Source: an uncultured virus (IMG/VR IMGVR_UViG_3300020048_000013) (lineage: Duplodnaviria; Heunggongvirae; Uroviricota; Caudoviricetes). From it: a DNA stretch of 64,000 nucleotides. The position numbers were made by a program, and so were the translations under genes. Under the pieces are notes generated by a model. The model was given only the letters and a program-made list of their open reading frames with translations. It searched no databases and was not told the DNA's origin. The stretch is from the IMG/VR virus record IMGVR_UViG_3300020048_000013; one strand, 5' to 3'. Each line of letters starts with the position of its first letter. Within the stretch, counting starts at the first letter, position 1. Shown here in pieces: positions 48,689 to 58,478 of this stretch.

Positions 48689-50155
48689 TTAAATTTCATC
48701 AAAAAAATTATTTACTGCTGGAACGTGATTTATTCTTGCTTCAGCAATCCCTAAATATTCTTTGTCTTTTTCTATTCCTATAAAATTTCTATCGAGTAAT
48801 TTACAAGCAACTCCAGTAGTTCCACTTCCCATAAAAGGGTCTAGTATCGTCATTTTTTCTTTTGATACTAATGTTATTAAATATGACATTAAATTTATAC
48901 TTTTCACCGTAGGATGAGTATTTTTTCTTAAAGTATCTCCTCTCTGAAAAGCATTATCAATATCTGTTTTCCTTCCGTCGTTTACTTGTTTTTCTTCAAA
49001 TTCATCTAATCCTGCATTTTTTTCCGACCTACTGGCTTTGGGAACATATATTATTCCTTTTGTTTTTGCCCACAATTCTATATCAAAATATCGTGATTTA
49101 GAACCTTCGTCGCCATAGGTATCATTACTTACCGTATCCGATTTCCATTCTCCATAACAAGTTTTGTTTGGATTTTCGCTCATTAATCTGTTCGTTCCTG
49201 CTTTCATAAATCCGCTTTTAGAGTTTTCTCCATCATTAAGAGCATCGTCTTGTACAACAACATTTGCTGGATATCTTCCTTGATTTGACAAAACACTTAC
49301 TCTATCTGCAGTATTATCCTGCATTCCCCAACCATCTTCTTCTTCCCTTATATTTCGATTTATAATTCTATCAACATCTTTTTCGTCATCTGATGTTACT
49401 GGAATTCTACATCCATCTATATTTATAGCACCAGTTCCATATTTTAATACATTTTCGGCAACAGTTTTTTCTTTTAACGGTTTTCTTGCTAATATCCAAT
49501 GTTCTGTAGATGGTTTTAGGGCAGTTCCCCAACCTTCCCATTCAGAATTACCTTTCGTTATATCTAAAGTTCTTCTTCCACTAGCAGTAAATGTTCCACT
49601 AGCACAATCAATATTTTCATCTGCATCTTGTTTCAAATTCCATTCTTTTCCGTTAGGCGGAACATATTTTCCAACATCTTCTCTTTCATTTCCTTGTAAT
49701 TTATCAACAGCTTTTCCGATGTCGTGATTTTTAGGAAATCCTGAACCAAACACATGATGAATAACATCTCTTATCTCGAATCCAGCTCTTTCTATTCCCA
49801 TCGCAGTATGATGACTTGTTCTCGGAATTGCCCACACTATAGCATATCCTCCAGGTTTTAATACTCTCAAACATTCTGTCATTACTTCACATATAAAATC
49901 TTGAAAATTTTGTAAATCTGACGAGTTTAGTGCATAAAAAGATGGTTTTAAAGTTTTTCCAAATCCCCCAAAATCATTACCTCCTTCTTTACCTTGACAC
50001 GCCCACCCTTTACTTCTTTTATTGTCTTTAAAACTATCCCAATCCTTTCCCATAAATTCTATTCCTGCTGGCGGATCAGTCACGATGGCATCTATACTAT
50101 CGTCAGGCATTGCTTTCAATTTTTCTAAACAATCACCATGAATCAATTGTTCCAT
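48689..50155 (-). CDS. DNA amino-methyltransferase (N6-A/N4-C, beta-class order)
   Basis: GDCLE, VTDPPAG, HPTVK and LDPFMGSGTTG. Confidence 0.9.
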   Translation of the reverse strand: MEQLIHGDCLEKLKAMPDDSIDAIVTDPPAGIEFMGKDWDSFKDNKRSKGWACQGKEGGNDFGGFGKTLKPSFYALNSSDLQNFQDFICEVMTECLRVLKPGGYAIVWAIPRTSHHTAMGIERAGFEIRDVIHHVFGSGFPKNHDIGKAVDKLQGNEREDVGKYVPPNGKEWNLKQDADENIDCASGTFTASGRRTLDITKGNSEWEGWGTALKPSTEHWILARKPLKEKTVAENVLKYGTGAINIDGCRIPVTSDDEKDVDRIINRNIREEEDGWGMQDNTADRVSVLSNQGRYPANVVVQDDALNDGENSKSGFMKAGTNRLMSENPNKTCYGEWKSDTVSNDTYGDEGSKSRYFDIELWAKTKGIIYVPKASRSEKNAGLDEFEEKQVNDGRKTDIDNAFQRGDTLRKNTHPTVKSINLMSYLITLVSKEKMTILDPFMGSGTTGVACKLLDRNFIGIEKDKEYLGIAEARINHVPAVNNFFDEI

Positions 50156-50170
50156 ATTTCCTCTATTTGT

Positions 50171-50833
50171 TTAATATATAAATGGTTTGAATTCGTTATA
50201 TTTCAAACCTAATGCATTCATTATTATTTTAATTTCAGCATAACATTCATCTTTTCCGCCACCGCACATTGTGGCACCATTATACTCTCTTAAAATATTA
50301 ATATCAAAATTCGGCACTGCTATAATATGCTCTTGTGATTTCAATTTCACTTTTAATCTATCTTCAATCATCAAAGAATCAATTTCTTTTTCTGATAATT
50401 CGTTGGTGGCCCAGTATTTTCTTGCCAACAAATATAATAATATAATTTCTATATCTTCGTATTTGTAACCTTCATCCATACTATCCCTAAAGAATCCATA
50501 ACCTTTTTCTACCCATCTAATTCTTTTTAATAAATTTCTAAAATCTACTGAATAATCATTAACGCTTGCCATAAACCAATTAATCAAATCTTTTCCTTTA
50601 TCCAAACCCATCTGAGCTCCGTTATAGAAATAAAGAATATCTCCTTCAAAACCTTTTAGACTTTTAATAAATTGTTCAATAGTAAAAGGCATACCTTTAT
50701 CATAAACAGGCTGAATATCTACTATTATTAATTGTTTTCCTGGTATTTTTATCGGTTCGTCGCCATTAAGCAATTCGTCATTTTTATTAAATCTAATGAT
50801 ATCTATGTATTCTTTTAATATTTTTTTATCCAT
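50171..50833 (-). CDS. Isochorismatase/cysteine-hydrolase-like protein
   Basis: LIIVDIQP, EKGYGFFR and CGGGKDECY. Confidence 0.55.
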   Translation of the reverse strand: MDKKILKEYIDIIRFNKNDELLNGDEPIKIPGKQLIIVDIQPVYDKGMPFTIEQFIKSLKGFEGDILYFYNGAQMGLDKGKDLINWFMASVNDYSVDFRNLLKRIRWVEKGYGFFRDSMDEGYKYEDIEIILLYLLARKYWATNELSEKEIDSLMIEDRLKVKLKSQEHIIAVPNFDINILREYNGATMCGGGKDECYAEIKIIMNALGLKYNEFKPFIY

Positions 50834-51186
50834 TATTCACTCTGTTTGGTTGTGATATAGGTCCGCCATATCCATTGACTGATTTTTTTCCTCCGACTGG
50901 AATAATAGAATATCCATCCCAATCAAAACCTTTTTTAATAATGTCTGGAAGAAATCCAAAATTTTTCTCTAAATCTGCAGTTCCATATCCAGTTATAAAA
51001 TATAAATTCCCAGTATCAACACTCAGTAAGAATTTTCCACTATCGCCTATATATATTTTATAATATTTTTTTCCTTTTAAAATNNNNNNNNNNTTCTGAA
51101 TATTTTTCTTCGGAATTTTTATTTTGTTCTATTATTTTATTTTTTAATATATCAATAAAAGATAATACATACTTATCAAAAATCAT
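50826..51186 (-). CDS. Hypothetical protein spanning an N gap
   Basis: Hand translation MIFDKYVLSF...[gap]...GKKLYKIYIGDSGKFLLSVDTGNLYF... Confidence 0.55.
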
Positions 51187-51367
51187 TATTGTCCTTTTGT
51201 TTTTTCATTTCTTCTTGATATGACTCATAATTCAAAATAAGCAAATCTATATTCAAATTTGTATTATACATATAAAAATAAACACTATTAAAATCAAATG
51301 CGGAGCTTCCGCTTTTTTTTATTTTATAAGTTTTGGATTTTTTTATTTGTACTTTTGCCATATACAT
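51176..51367 (-). CDS. Small hypothetical protein
   Basis: Follows gp44; TATAAATA at 51368-51375. Confidence 0.5.
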   Translation of the reverse strand: MYMAKVQIKKSKTYKIKKSGSSAFDFNSVYFYMYNTNLNIDLLILNYESYQEEMKKQKDNNDF

Positions 51368-51370
51368 TAT

Positions 51371-52342
51371 TTATATTTTTTTGAATTTAATTTGGGTTGC
51401 TAAAGTGATAAAACATGATCTCAATGTTATTAATTCGTCGGTAGTAGATCCGTTTTCAAAAGCATATTTTCCTAATATAAGAGTTGCTTTTACTATATTA
51501 TCGAAATCATCTTCTATAATATTATACATGGTACTATCGAAGTCTCTGAAAAAAGTTACTGCATCAGTATCAATCGCCAACACTCTCAATCTTTTTATGT
51601 CTTTGGATATTAAAGCAGACACCAATTCGTCAGATATTCCTTTACCAAATTCTAATATTTTTGCATCAACAGGCATGCCTCTAAACATTATACTATATTT
51701 TTGCAAAGAACCAATCATGCTTCTGAAATCTGGAAAATGTTTAATGATAAGTTCTACAATTACTTTTCTATCATATTCCATATTTTCTTGTTTCATAACA
51801 TAATCTAATCTTTTTAATATATCTCCAGCTAATTGTGCTCGTTCTTCTTTATTGCTCGGAATCATATTAAATGTTCCTTGAGTAAATCTCGAACGAAGTG
51901 GGTCTAATATTTTGGTCACATTATTAGTAATAAAAATAAATCTTGCGTTGTTAGAAAGTTCTTCCATATCTACTTTCAATGCTTCTTGAAATGCTGAAGA
52001 TAATTTTTCGGCTTCATCTATAAAAACTATTTTGTAAGGCAATTCGCTATCATCCATACCATAAGTACTGACATATTGTGTTATATCGTCTCTTAAAACC
52101 TGAATAGAATTATATTTAGACCCGTTTATGTATAGATAATCTGCGTTCAATTCATTCATTAATACTTTTATCAAAGAAGTTTTTCCTGTTCCAGCAGTAC
52201 TATATATTAGCATATTTGGAATATCTTTTTCTTTTATACAATGTTCTACAAAAGTTCTTATGTTTTTTGTTAGAGTAAGATCCGATAAATGTTGTGGTCT
52301 ATATTTTTCTACCCATAGACTCGAATTTTTGTAATAATTCAT
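51371..52342 (-). CDS. gp44: Clamp loader large subunit gp44 (RFC-like)
   Basis: LWVEKYRP, AGTGKTS, IDEAE, LRSRF and FPDFR. Confidence 0.93.
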   Translation of the reverse strand: MNYYKNSSLWVEKYRPQHLSDLTLTKNIRTFVEHCIKEKDIPNMLIYSTAGTGKTSLIKVLMNELNADYLYINGSKYNSIQVLRDDITQYVSTYGMDDSELPYKIVFIDEAEKLSSAFQEALKVDMEELSNNARFIFITNNVTKILDPLRSRFTQGTFNMIPSNKEERAQLAGDILKRLDYVMKQENMEYDRKVIVELIIKHFPDFRSMIGSLQKYSIMFRGMPVDAKILEFGKGISDELVSALISKDIKRLRVLAIDTDAVTFFRDFDSTMYNIIEDDFDNIVKATLILGKYAFENGSTTDELITLRSCFITLATQIKFKKI

Positions 52343-52914
52343 ATTTCTCCTTTATTGTTGTGTTTTTCGACTATGGTGGATATATAATCTACTATAGTTT
52401 TTATAGATTCTTCAGATTTTTCTATTTCTATATATTTTATATTAAAATCATCTAATATTTTTTTCAATTCTAGACTTATAAATTCTGATTCGTCTGATGT
52501 TTGTAGTCTTCCGTTAGTATTATAATTATGTTTTTTTAAATTGATGAAATAGTTGATATTATCATGTTTATTAAAATCTTCTAACATCAATTTATCAAAA
52601 AGTTCGGGATTGAAAGTTTTATTTATTCTGTTATAGTATGCCGATAATAAAATTGGACTGTCTGTTATGATTACATCTACTTTGCCTTCTAATCTCGATA
52701 TTCTATGGCTTTGTTTTCCTGATACATATAATTGATTCGATAGAGCTTTGAATCTTTCTTCCCATACTAAATCTTTTGCAAATTCCGATGCTATTTCACA
52801 ATCAATTCCTTTTATTTTCAACCCGCAGAAAATGCCAGCAGCCATAGTGCTTTTACCAGAACCTGGCGATGCGAATAAATTAATTATTACAGTTTTTTTA
52901 ATATTACCCTCCAT
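52339..52914 (-). CDS. P-loop NTPase/kinase (NadR/AAA_28-like)
   Basis: NLFASPGSGKST, EFAKDLVWE, ITDSP and GRLQT. Confidence 0.75.
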   Translation of the reverse strand: MEGNIKKTVIINLFASPGSGKSTMAAGIFCGLKIKGIDCEIASEFAKDLVWEERFKALSNQLYVSGKQSHRISRLEGKVDVIITDSPILLSAYYNRINKTFNPELFDKLMLEDFNKHDNINYFINLKKHNYNTNGRLQTSDESEFISLELKKILDDFNIKYIEIEKSEESIKTIVDYISTIVEKHNNKGEI

Positions 52915-52927
52915 TTTTTATATAATT

Positions 52928-53380
52928 TTAGAAATCTTCTCCATTGACCCATCTCATATAATTAAATTTCTCTTTTATATCATATCTCTGATTATCCAAT
53001 AAAGATTCGATTTTTTGTATAAATGCCAACACAAGCTCCAGAGCATCCATACAATTTTTATATGATATTATTATTGGATCTGCTTCCATTTTTAACAAAA
53101 TTTCTTTTTCAGACATATTATATATATTAGAATCTTTAATTATAAAATATCGAATGCTTTTTATTCTTTTATATTCGTGTTCTATTCCATTCTTCGTTCT
53201 ATTCCATTCATTATAATATTTTTGCCACTTCAATATTTTGGCACAATTATCAAAATTATCAATCATATCTTGATTTATAACCATGTCTTTTATGGCAGTT
53301 TGTTCTAAATCGTATAATTTAGTATATATTTCTTCAATATTTTCCGATGGAACAGGAACAGGATTCTTATTATCATTCAT
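52928..53380 (-). CDS. uvsY: Recombination mediator UvsY-like
   Basis: KDMVI, KWQKY, EADP and RYDIKE...RW..G; near uvsW. Confidence 0.7.
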   Translation of the reverse strand: MNDNKNPVPVPSENIEEIYTKLYDLEQTAIKDMVINQDMIDNFDNCAKILKWQKYYNEWNRTKNGIEHEYKRIKSIRYFIIKDSNIYNMSEKEILLKMEADPIIISYKNCMDALELVLAFIQKIESLLDNQRYDIKEKFNYMRWVNGEDF

Positions 53381-53406
53381 AAATATTTCTCTATTTTATA
53401 TAATAT

Positions 53407-53444
53407 AATATAAATTAAAAAACTCTTTTTGTCAAGAGTTTTTT
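53407..53444 (-). promoter_or_regulatory. Sigma70-like promoter TTGACA-17-TATATT overlapping a terminator hairpin
   Basis: AAAAAACTCTTGACAAAAAGAGTTTTTT contains the -35 box. Confidence 0.8.
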
Positions 53445-53453
53445 ATTATTTTT

Positions 53454-53777
53454 TTAGATATAATCTTCTTCAATTCTTTTATTTTTGGCACCCCAAACCA
53501 AATCCCCATCTTCTCTTGTTAGTGTAACAAAATAATCAAGTTCATCGTCTCCATTAAGAGAATCTACATAAGACATGAGATATTTTAAAAATTCATCCCT
53601 AGAATCACTTTCGGGAAATCCCATTTCTTTATACATTTCTGGAATACTTTCGTATCCATAAAACAAAGAACACATTTTCAATTTCGCTTCTATATCATCA
53701 GTGCAGTTAAATGATATTGTCGTTTGAATTTCTTCGTTTTCTCTTTCGTAGGGTTCCATAATTAGATTATACTTCAT
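53454..53777 (-). CDS. Hypothetical acidic protein
   Basis: AGGAG RBS before MKYNLIME. Confidence 0.6.
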   Translation of the reverse strand: MKYNLIMEPYERENEEIQTTISFNCTDDIEAKLKMCSLFYGYESIPEMYKEMGFPESDSRDEFLKYLMSYVDSLNGDDELDYFVTLTREDGDLVWGAKNKRIEEDYI

Positions 53778-53788
53778 TTTAATACTCC

Positions 53789-54040
53789 TTACAGGGAAAA
53801 TCCCCATTCTTTAATATTGATCATTGCATTTGTTTGTAATTCTTCTACCCATTCAGTTCCTTTCCATGTTTTAATTTGAAAAATAAACTTTTTAGTTTTT
53901 CTTTTTTTAGCATATCTAAACAATAAAAATAATCTAAATAACTTAATTTTCATACCAAAACTATGTTCGCAACTTAGAGGATAAAAATTAAAACCTTCGT
54001 GTAATTTATCTCCTTCATCTGTAATATGAAACAATATCAT
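53789..54040 (-). CDS. Hypothetical protein
   Basis: Coupled small ORF. Confidence 0.55.
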   Translation of the reverse strand: MILFHITDEGDKLHEGFNFYPLSCEHSFGMKIKLFRLFLLFRYAKKRKTKKFIFQIKTWKGTEWVEELQTNAMINIKEWGFSL

Positions 54041-54312
54041 ACGCTATCCTTTTCTGTTGTTTTTAAATATTCTTGTATTATTTTTTTAATCTCATCTCCA
54101 TTTTCCAATTTTTTTACTTCACTGTCTGGGGCAAATAACCCCTCGAACATAAATTCTGATGTCATAGACGGAACAATTATCGTATTATATTCTTTGTTCG
54201 TTGCCACTGTAATTTTGGATTGAAGGGTATGCATGTATGCTTGGGCTTTATCTGTTGTCATTTTACCAACAGGAACTTTCACTATTAATAGTGGTTTATA
54301 ATTTTTTTCCAT
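54037..54312 (-). CDS. Hypothetical protein
   Basis: GGAG RBS. Confidence 0.6.
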   Translation of the reverse strand: MEKNYKPLLIVKVPVGKMTTDKAQAYMHTLQSKITVATNKEYNTIIVPSMTSEFMFEGLFAPDSEVKKLENGDEIKKIIQEYLKTTEKDSV

Positions 54313-54314
54313 TT

Positions 54315-54590
54315 TTACTCCTTTATTAATGCTTCAAATTTTTCTAAATATTCTTTTCCGTTTATTTCCCAATCATCTTTTAACCACTTATTTCCTTCTT
54401 CGGTATCATACCAAAACATGAATCCGTCCAATTTTTCAATTGTGTTAAATATTTTGCGAGATGCTTCTGGGTCATCTAAATACATGGGACATCTTTCAAT
54501 TTTTTTATTAATTATATAATATACAAAAATTCCTGGTGTTGTTGCCATCTCTTTCCATTTTTCAAACAATTCTTCAAAATTCATACACAC
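54315..54590 (-). CDS. Hypothetical protein
   Basis: GGAG RBS. Confidence 0.6.
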   Translation of the reverse strand: MCMNFEELFEKWKEMATTPGIFVYYIINKKIERCPMYLDDPEASRKIFNTIEKLDGFMFWYDTEEGNKWLKDDWEINGKEYLEKFEALIKE

Positions 54591-54594
54591 TCCT

Positions 54595-56031
54595 TTATAA
54601 ATTTATATCTATTTTTTCCATTGGAAATTCTTCTTCTGTGTATAATTTAACTCTCGATTTATAATGATCCATCAAATAATTTTCATAATATCTCTCAGTA
54701 TAACTTAAATTATCTACTATATCATGAACTATAAGAATGTCTTTATTCTGATGTAATCTGAGTCCTCTACCTATACTTTGAGCAGTTCTTACAAAGCTTT
54801 TTGTGCTACTTGCAAATATTATATTATGTATGTTCGGAGCATCTATACCAATACTGAAAGTTCCGTAACTTGCAAGAATAACCACATTATCATTTTCTGC
54901 TATTATGCTTCTTGCAATTTCTCTATCTTCTCTCGAAACCGATCCATCAATATATATTATTTTTTTATCTTTCAAAACTCTTTTAAACAAATCAAGTAGA
55001 ACTTTTCCGTGTTTTTCTATATGCTGAAATAATACCAAAGTATTTTTATTACATTCGTTTTTAATAAGATTTGCTATATAATTATTTCTTATTTCATTAC
55101 CTTCTATATAATTTATCTCAGCATGATAATCTTTATTGAAATTTTCACAAGCAAACAATCTTTCTTTGTCGGGATAATTTAAAAATCTTATTTTTACTAA
55201 TAACGGAGATAATATATTCTGTTCTTTTAATTCTATATATGTTCTATATATTACTGGTTCTCCAAGATATGCAACGACAGTATAATAATCTGCAGTATTA
55301 TCTTTTACAATAGTTCCAGTTGTTCCTATACGATATTCTGCCTTTGTTAATTTAGACAATATTCCCGATATTGATTTGCCATCGGCTTCATGAGCTTCAT
55401 CTACAATAACACAATCGAAAACATTTATTTGATCTTCTGGTATTTTATATATACTTTGCCATGTAGATATGATAAGAAATTCGTCGAAAGTTTTTTCAAT
55501 TCCGCTATAAATACATTTAACACCAGTATCCATATCGGTCAATCCATATTTTTTCAAATCATTATACATCTGAGTAATCAAACCAAGCTTTGATACAACA
55601 AGCAACATTTTTTTGTTTACTTTTCTCATATAACATATTAATAGGTAGATTATGAAAGATTTTCCTGTTCCAGTTTTACTTATTATTGTAAGATTTCTTT
55701 TTTTCAGAGCATCGAAAAATCCTTCTATCTGAAAATCTCTTGGTGGAAATGGCTTTGGAAGATCTTCTACAAATTCTAATAATTTATCTTCGTTCAATTC
55801 TCTTTCTAAAGTAAAATCTATCGAGTATGTATAATTTGCTTTTTTAATATATTCTATTATTCTTGGAACAAGTCCGATTGGACATTTGCCTTTTTTGAAA
55901 AAAGGAATTTTTCCATCCCACCATCCATTTTTGAATTTTGGACTAAACCAATACTTATCAGTATAAAATTTTAATAAATTATCCAATTCATTATAAATGA
56001 ACATAGTATCGCATATGACTGCGACTTCCAT
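54595..56031 (-). CDS. uvsW: SF2 helicase UvsW
   Basis: WWDGKI, PRDFQ, TGTGKS, STWQSIY, VDEAH, GTTGT and QSIGRGLR. Confidence 0.93.
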   Translation of the reverse strand: MEVAVICDTMFIYNELDNLLKFYTDKYWFSPKFKNGWWDGKIPFFKKGKCPIGLVPRIIEYIKKANYTYSIDFTLERELNEDKLLEFVEDLPKPFPPRDFQIEGFFDALKKRNLTIISKTGTGKSFIIYLLICYMRKVNKKMLLVVSKLGLITQMYNDLKKYGLTDMDTGVKCIYSGIEKTFDEFLIISTWQSIYKIPEDQINVFDCVIVDEAHEADGKSISGILSKLTKAEYRIGTTGTIVKDNTADYYTVVAYLGEPVIYRTYIELKEQNILSPLLVKIRFLNYPDKERLFACENFNKDYHAEINYIEGNEIRNNYIANLIKNECNKNTLVLFQHIEKHGKVLLDLFKRVLKDKKIIYIDGSVSREDREIARSIIAENDNVVILASYGTFSIGIDAPNIHNIIFASSTKSFVRTAQSIGRGLRLHQNKDILIVHDIVDNLSYTERYYENYLMDHYKSRVKLYTEEEFPMEKIDINL

Positions 56032-56086
56032 GTGATTAATTTTTTTAATAATTACCTGTGGATTAATGATATTTCCTACTTTTGTT

Positions 56087-56302
56087 TTATTTTGGGATAT
56101 TTTTTATTATTTCTCTACCAGCTTTAATACATTTAATGATATCTTCATCTTTGGCTTGTTGCCAATATGTAGCATATCCGTCGGGTCCAAAAATGTTATC
56201 GGTGGCTTTATCCCAAGTTCTGTAAGCCACCGAATCATTTGAACTCCATATAGCAGATTCTATTCCGCCAACATCGTGAACTAATTGTTCGTGATTATTC
56301 AT
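56087..56302 (-). CDS. Small hypothetical protein
   Basis: 71-aa coupled ORF. Confidence 0.55.
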   Translation of the reverse strand: MNNHEQLVHDVGGIESAIWSSNDSVAYRTWDKATDNIFGPDGYATYWQQAKDEDIIKCIKAGREIIKNIPK

Positions 56303-56891
56303 CTTTCAATAAAATTTCTATTTTTTCGATTTGTTTGTTGATATTATTCAAAGCAGTTTCACTTTCGTTCATATTAACTTTCATAATACAACAACCACCA
56401 GCACAGACTTCTGCGCCATTATTAAAAATTTTCAAATCTTTTTGTGTGATTGCAATTTCTTTAGATTCTCCATCATTGCCGTCTATATACAATACGACTT
56501 CATCTGGGCCAATATAAGGCTCGCCTAATATTCCAGATATATATTTACCACCATCACATTTATATTTGACTTGTGTGCCTTTTAAGTTACCATATTCTTC
56601 TTTTAATTTTTTGGGATTGTTATTTTTACCTTTGCTATCTCCAGTCAATTTAATATTCGTATCAATAACTTTAGCTTTTTTGGCTTTTTTATCTTTCCAT
56701 TCTTTTTCTGCTTCTGCAAAAAATCTCTGTTTCTGAATGTAGCTCATTTCTGAAATAGATTTTATGCTATTCTTTTTCAATTTAGCATTAACAAAATCTT
56801 TATATTCATAAAGTTCAGCATCATTATTTTTTTCTTCGTCGATATTTTCCAAACCTTCGACAATGCTATAATATTCTTTTAATATATCCAT
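56295..56891 (-). CDS. Hypothetical (likely internal virion) protein with CTS-like leader
   Basis: GGAG RBS before MDILKEYYSIVEGLE; YKDF..KLKK..I.S...QKQRFF...KEW helical motif. Confidence 0.65.
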   Translation of the reverse strand: MDILKEYYSIVEGLENIDEEKNNDAELYEYKDFVNAKLKKNSIKSISEMSYIQKQRFFAEAEKEWKDKKAKKAKVIDTNIKLTGDSKGKNNNPKKLKEEYGNLKGTQVKYKCDGGKYISGILGEPYIGPDEVVLYIDGNDGESKEIAITQKDLKIFNNGAEVCAGGCCIMKVNMNESETALNNINKQIEKIEILLKDE

Positions 56892-56913
56892 ATATACTCC
56901 ATAGTAATTTTTT

Positions 56914-56952
56914 AATATAATATAAAATAGGGATTTTGTCAACCCCTATTTT
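56914..56952 (-). promoter_or_regulatory. Sigma70-like promoter TTGACA-17-TATATT overlapping a hairpin
   Basis: AAAATAGGGGTTGACAAAATCCCTATTTT contains the -35 box. Confidence 0.75.
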
Positions 56953-56960
56953 AACATTTT

Positions 56961-58464
56961 TTATTTTCTATTTTTTGATAATTCGTTTTGTAATTTCTGT
57001 ATCTGTTTCTGTTGCATTATAATTTGCTGTCTCTGAGCAGATATTTGATTATTAACTCCATTTGGTGCTTTTATAGATATATCGAATTCGTTACCGAAAG
57101 TTTCTCCGTTATCTATACCAGTTGTTTCGGGAGCAACGTCGCCAACAACAGAAGTATTGACACCAGATTTAGAAACTATTTCTACTGGTTTTGGTGGTAA
57201 AAAAGAAGTATCTTGTTTTAGCAAATCGCCAATCTGAACATGTAAATTTTTCAGTTGTTTTTTTACATCATCATCTGGTTTTTTATCTAACATAGAAATA
57301 GCCATTTCACGATTTTCTTCGTCATTACCTTCTCTAAGTTTTCTACATTCTTCATTTATTTTAATTAAACTTTTTGCAGTCTGATCCCACAAATTTCTTC
57401 TCAATATTGCTTCTCTAACGTCAACAGCAGATATTTCTTTATTTTTTTTGTTATCGCCTTCTTCACCTTCTTCTCCGCCGAATTCGCCTTGTCCTTGTCC
57501 TTGACCCTTGATTTGATTGATCACCCTGTCCGCCAAATTCACCGAATTCGCCATTATCAAATTCGCCTTGTTTTTCTTGTTCTGATTCGCCTTCTTCGTG
57601 TCCTGGTTGACCTTCTTGTGAAAATTGTCCTTCTTCTTTATCTATGACTTTTTGTAATTTGCTTTGTTGACCTTCGATGTTTTTCAATTCGTCTGGGGTT
57701 ATAGAATCTGCAAATTGTTTCAATTGAAGAATTTTTTTATTAAGCATTCTTAATTCGTCTGCTAGTTCTTCGTCTCCACCAACAGCATCTTCTTCTCCGC
57801 CAAGACCATTCTGCATACCAGCATCTTCGCCTTCTCCGCCGCCAACAACATCTTGAAATTGTCCTTGACCGCCAGTCTGTCCGCCAACTTGTTCGCCTTG
57901 ACCGAAACTAGTTGATGATGTCTGTCCTACACCCATCTGATTGTTTTGAGGTTGTTTGTCACCAAACTGAACATTATCTTCTTCAAATTCGTTTCCAAAT
58001 TCATCTTCTTTTTTATTTGTTTGATTATCAACAACATCTTGGAATTGACTTTTTCTCAATACATTATCATCTTCGTATATATACATTTTTGCAGCAGTAT
58101 CCCAAGCATCTCTTCTTTTTATACATTCTAACAAATCTGGATCAAAATTTTCATAAGCTTTTTTCTCTTTAACTTTTCCAGTATTCGGAGTAATGCATTT
58201 TGCTTTAGCAGATTTATCAACCATCACTTTTCCAGGTTTTCCGCTTGTATCTTGCATCAATTTTTTGTTTTTACGTTTTCTTAATCTAGCAACCTGTGTT
58301 TGCATAATTATCTGTTCTTTTTGTATTTTTTTCAATCTTTCAGATATACTCATTTTAGAAGTATCAGATTCTTTAACAGAACTTTTTGCTTCCAATTTGG
58401 ATTTTTGTTCTTTTAATTTACGAAGCTGTTCTTTAAGATTATTTTTTTCTCTTTCAGTTAACAT
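56961..58464 (-). CDS. Low-complexity G/Q/E-rich late protein (possible head core/scaffold-like), interrupted by a 1-nt frameshift at about 57505
   Basis: Two track ORFs join into continuous GQG/EFG repeats if one G of CAAGGGTCAA is removed; internal repeat RRDAWD/RRNLWD; TATAAATA upstream. Confidence 0.6.
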
Positions 58465-58478
58465 AATTTATTTCCTTT

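Noticed and set aside
50171..50833. Counting MDKKILKEYIDII (and 28887 MYSNIMEDYYECL) as CTS leaders
   Set aside because: They match the first half of the motif but lack the terminal Glu cleavage site, so they were left out of the core set.
33957..52914. NAD salvage/reconstitution pathway (small membrane protein, isochorismatase-like protein, NadR-like P-loop protein)
   Set aside because: The genes are dispersed, the assignments are only fold-level, and no NMNAT, NAMPT or PRPP-synthetase-like gene is seen.
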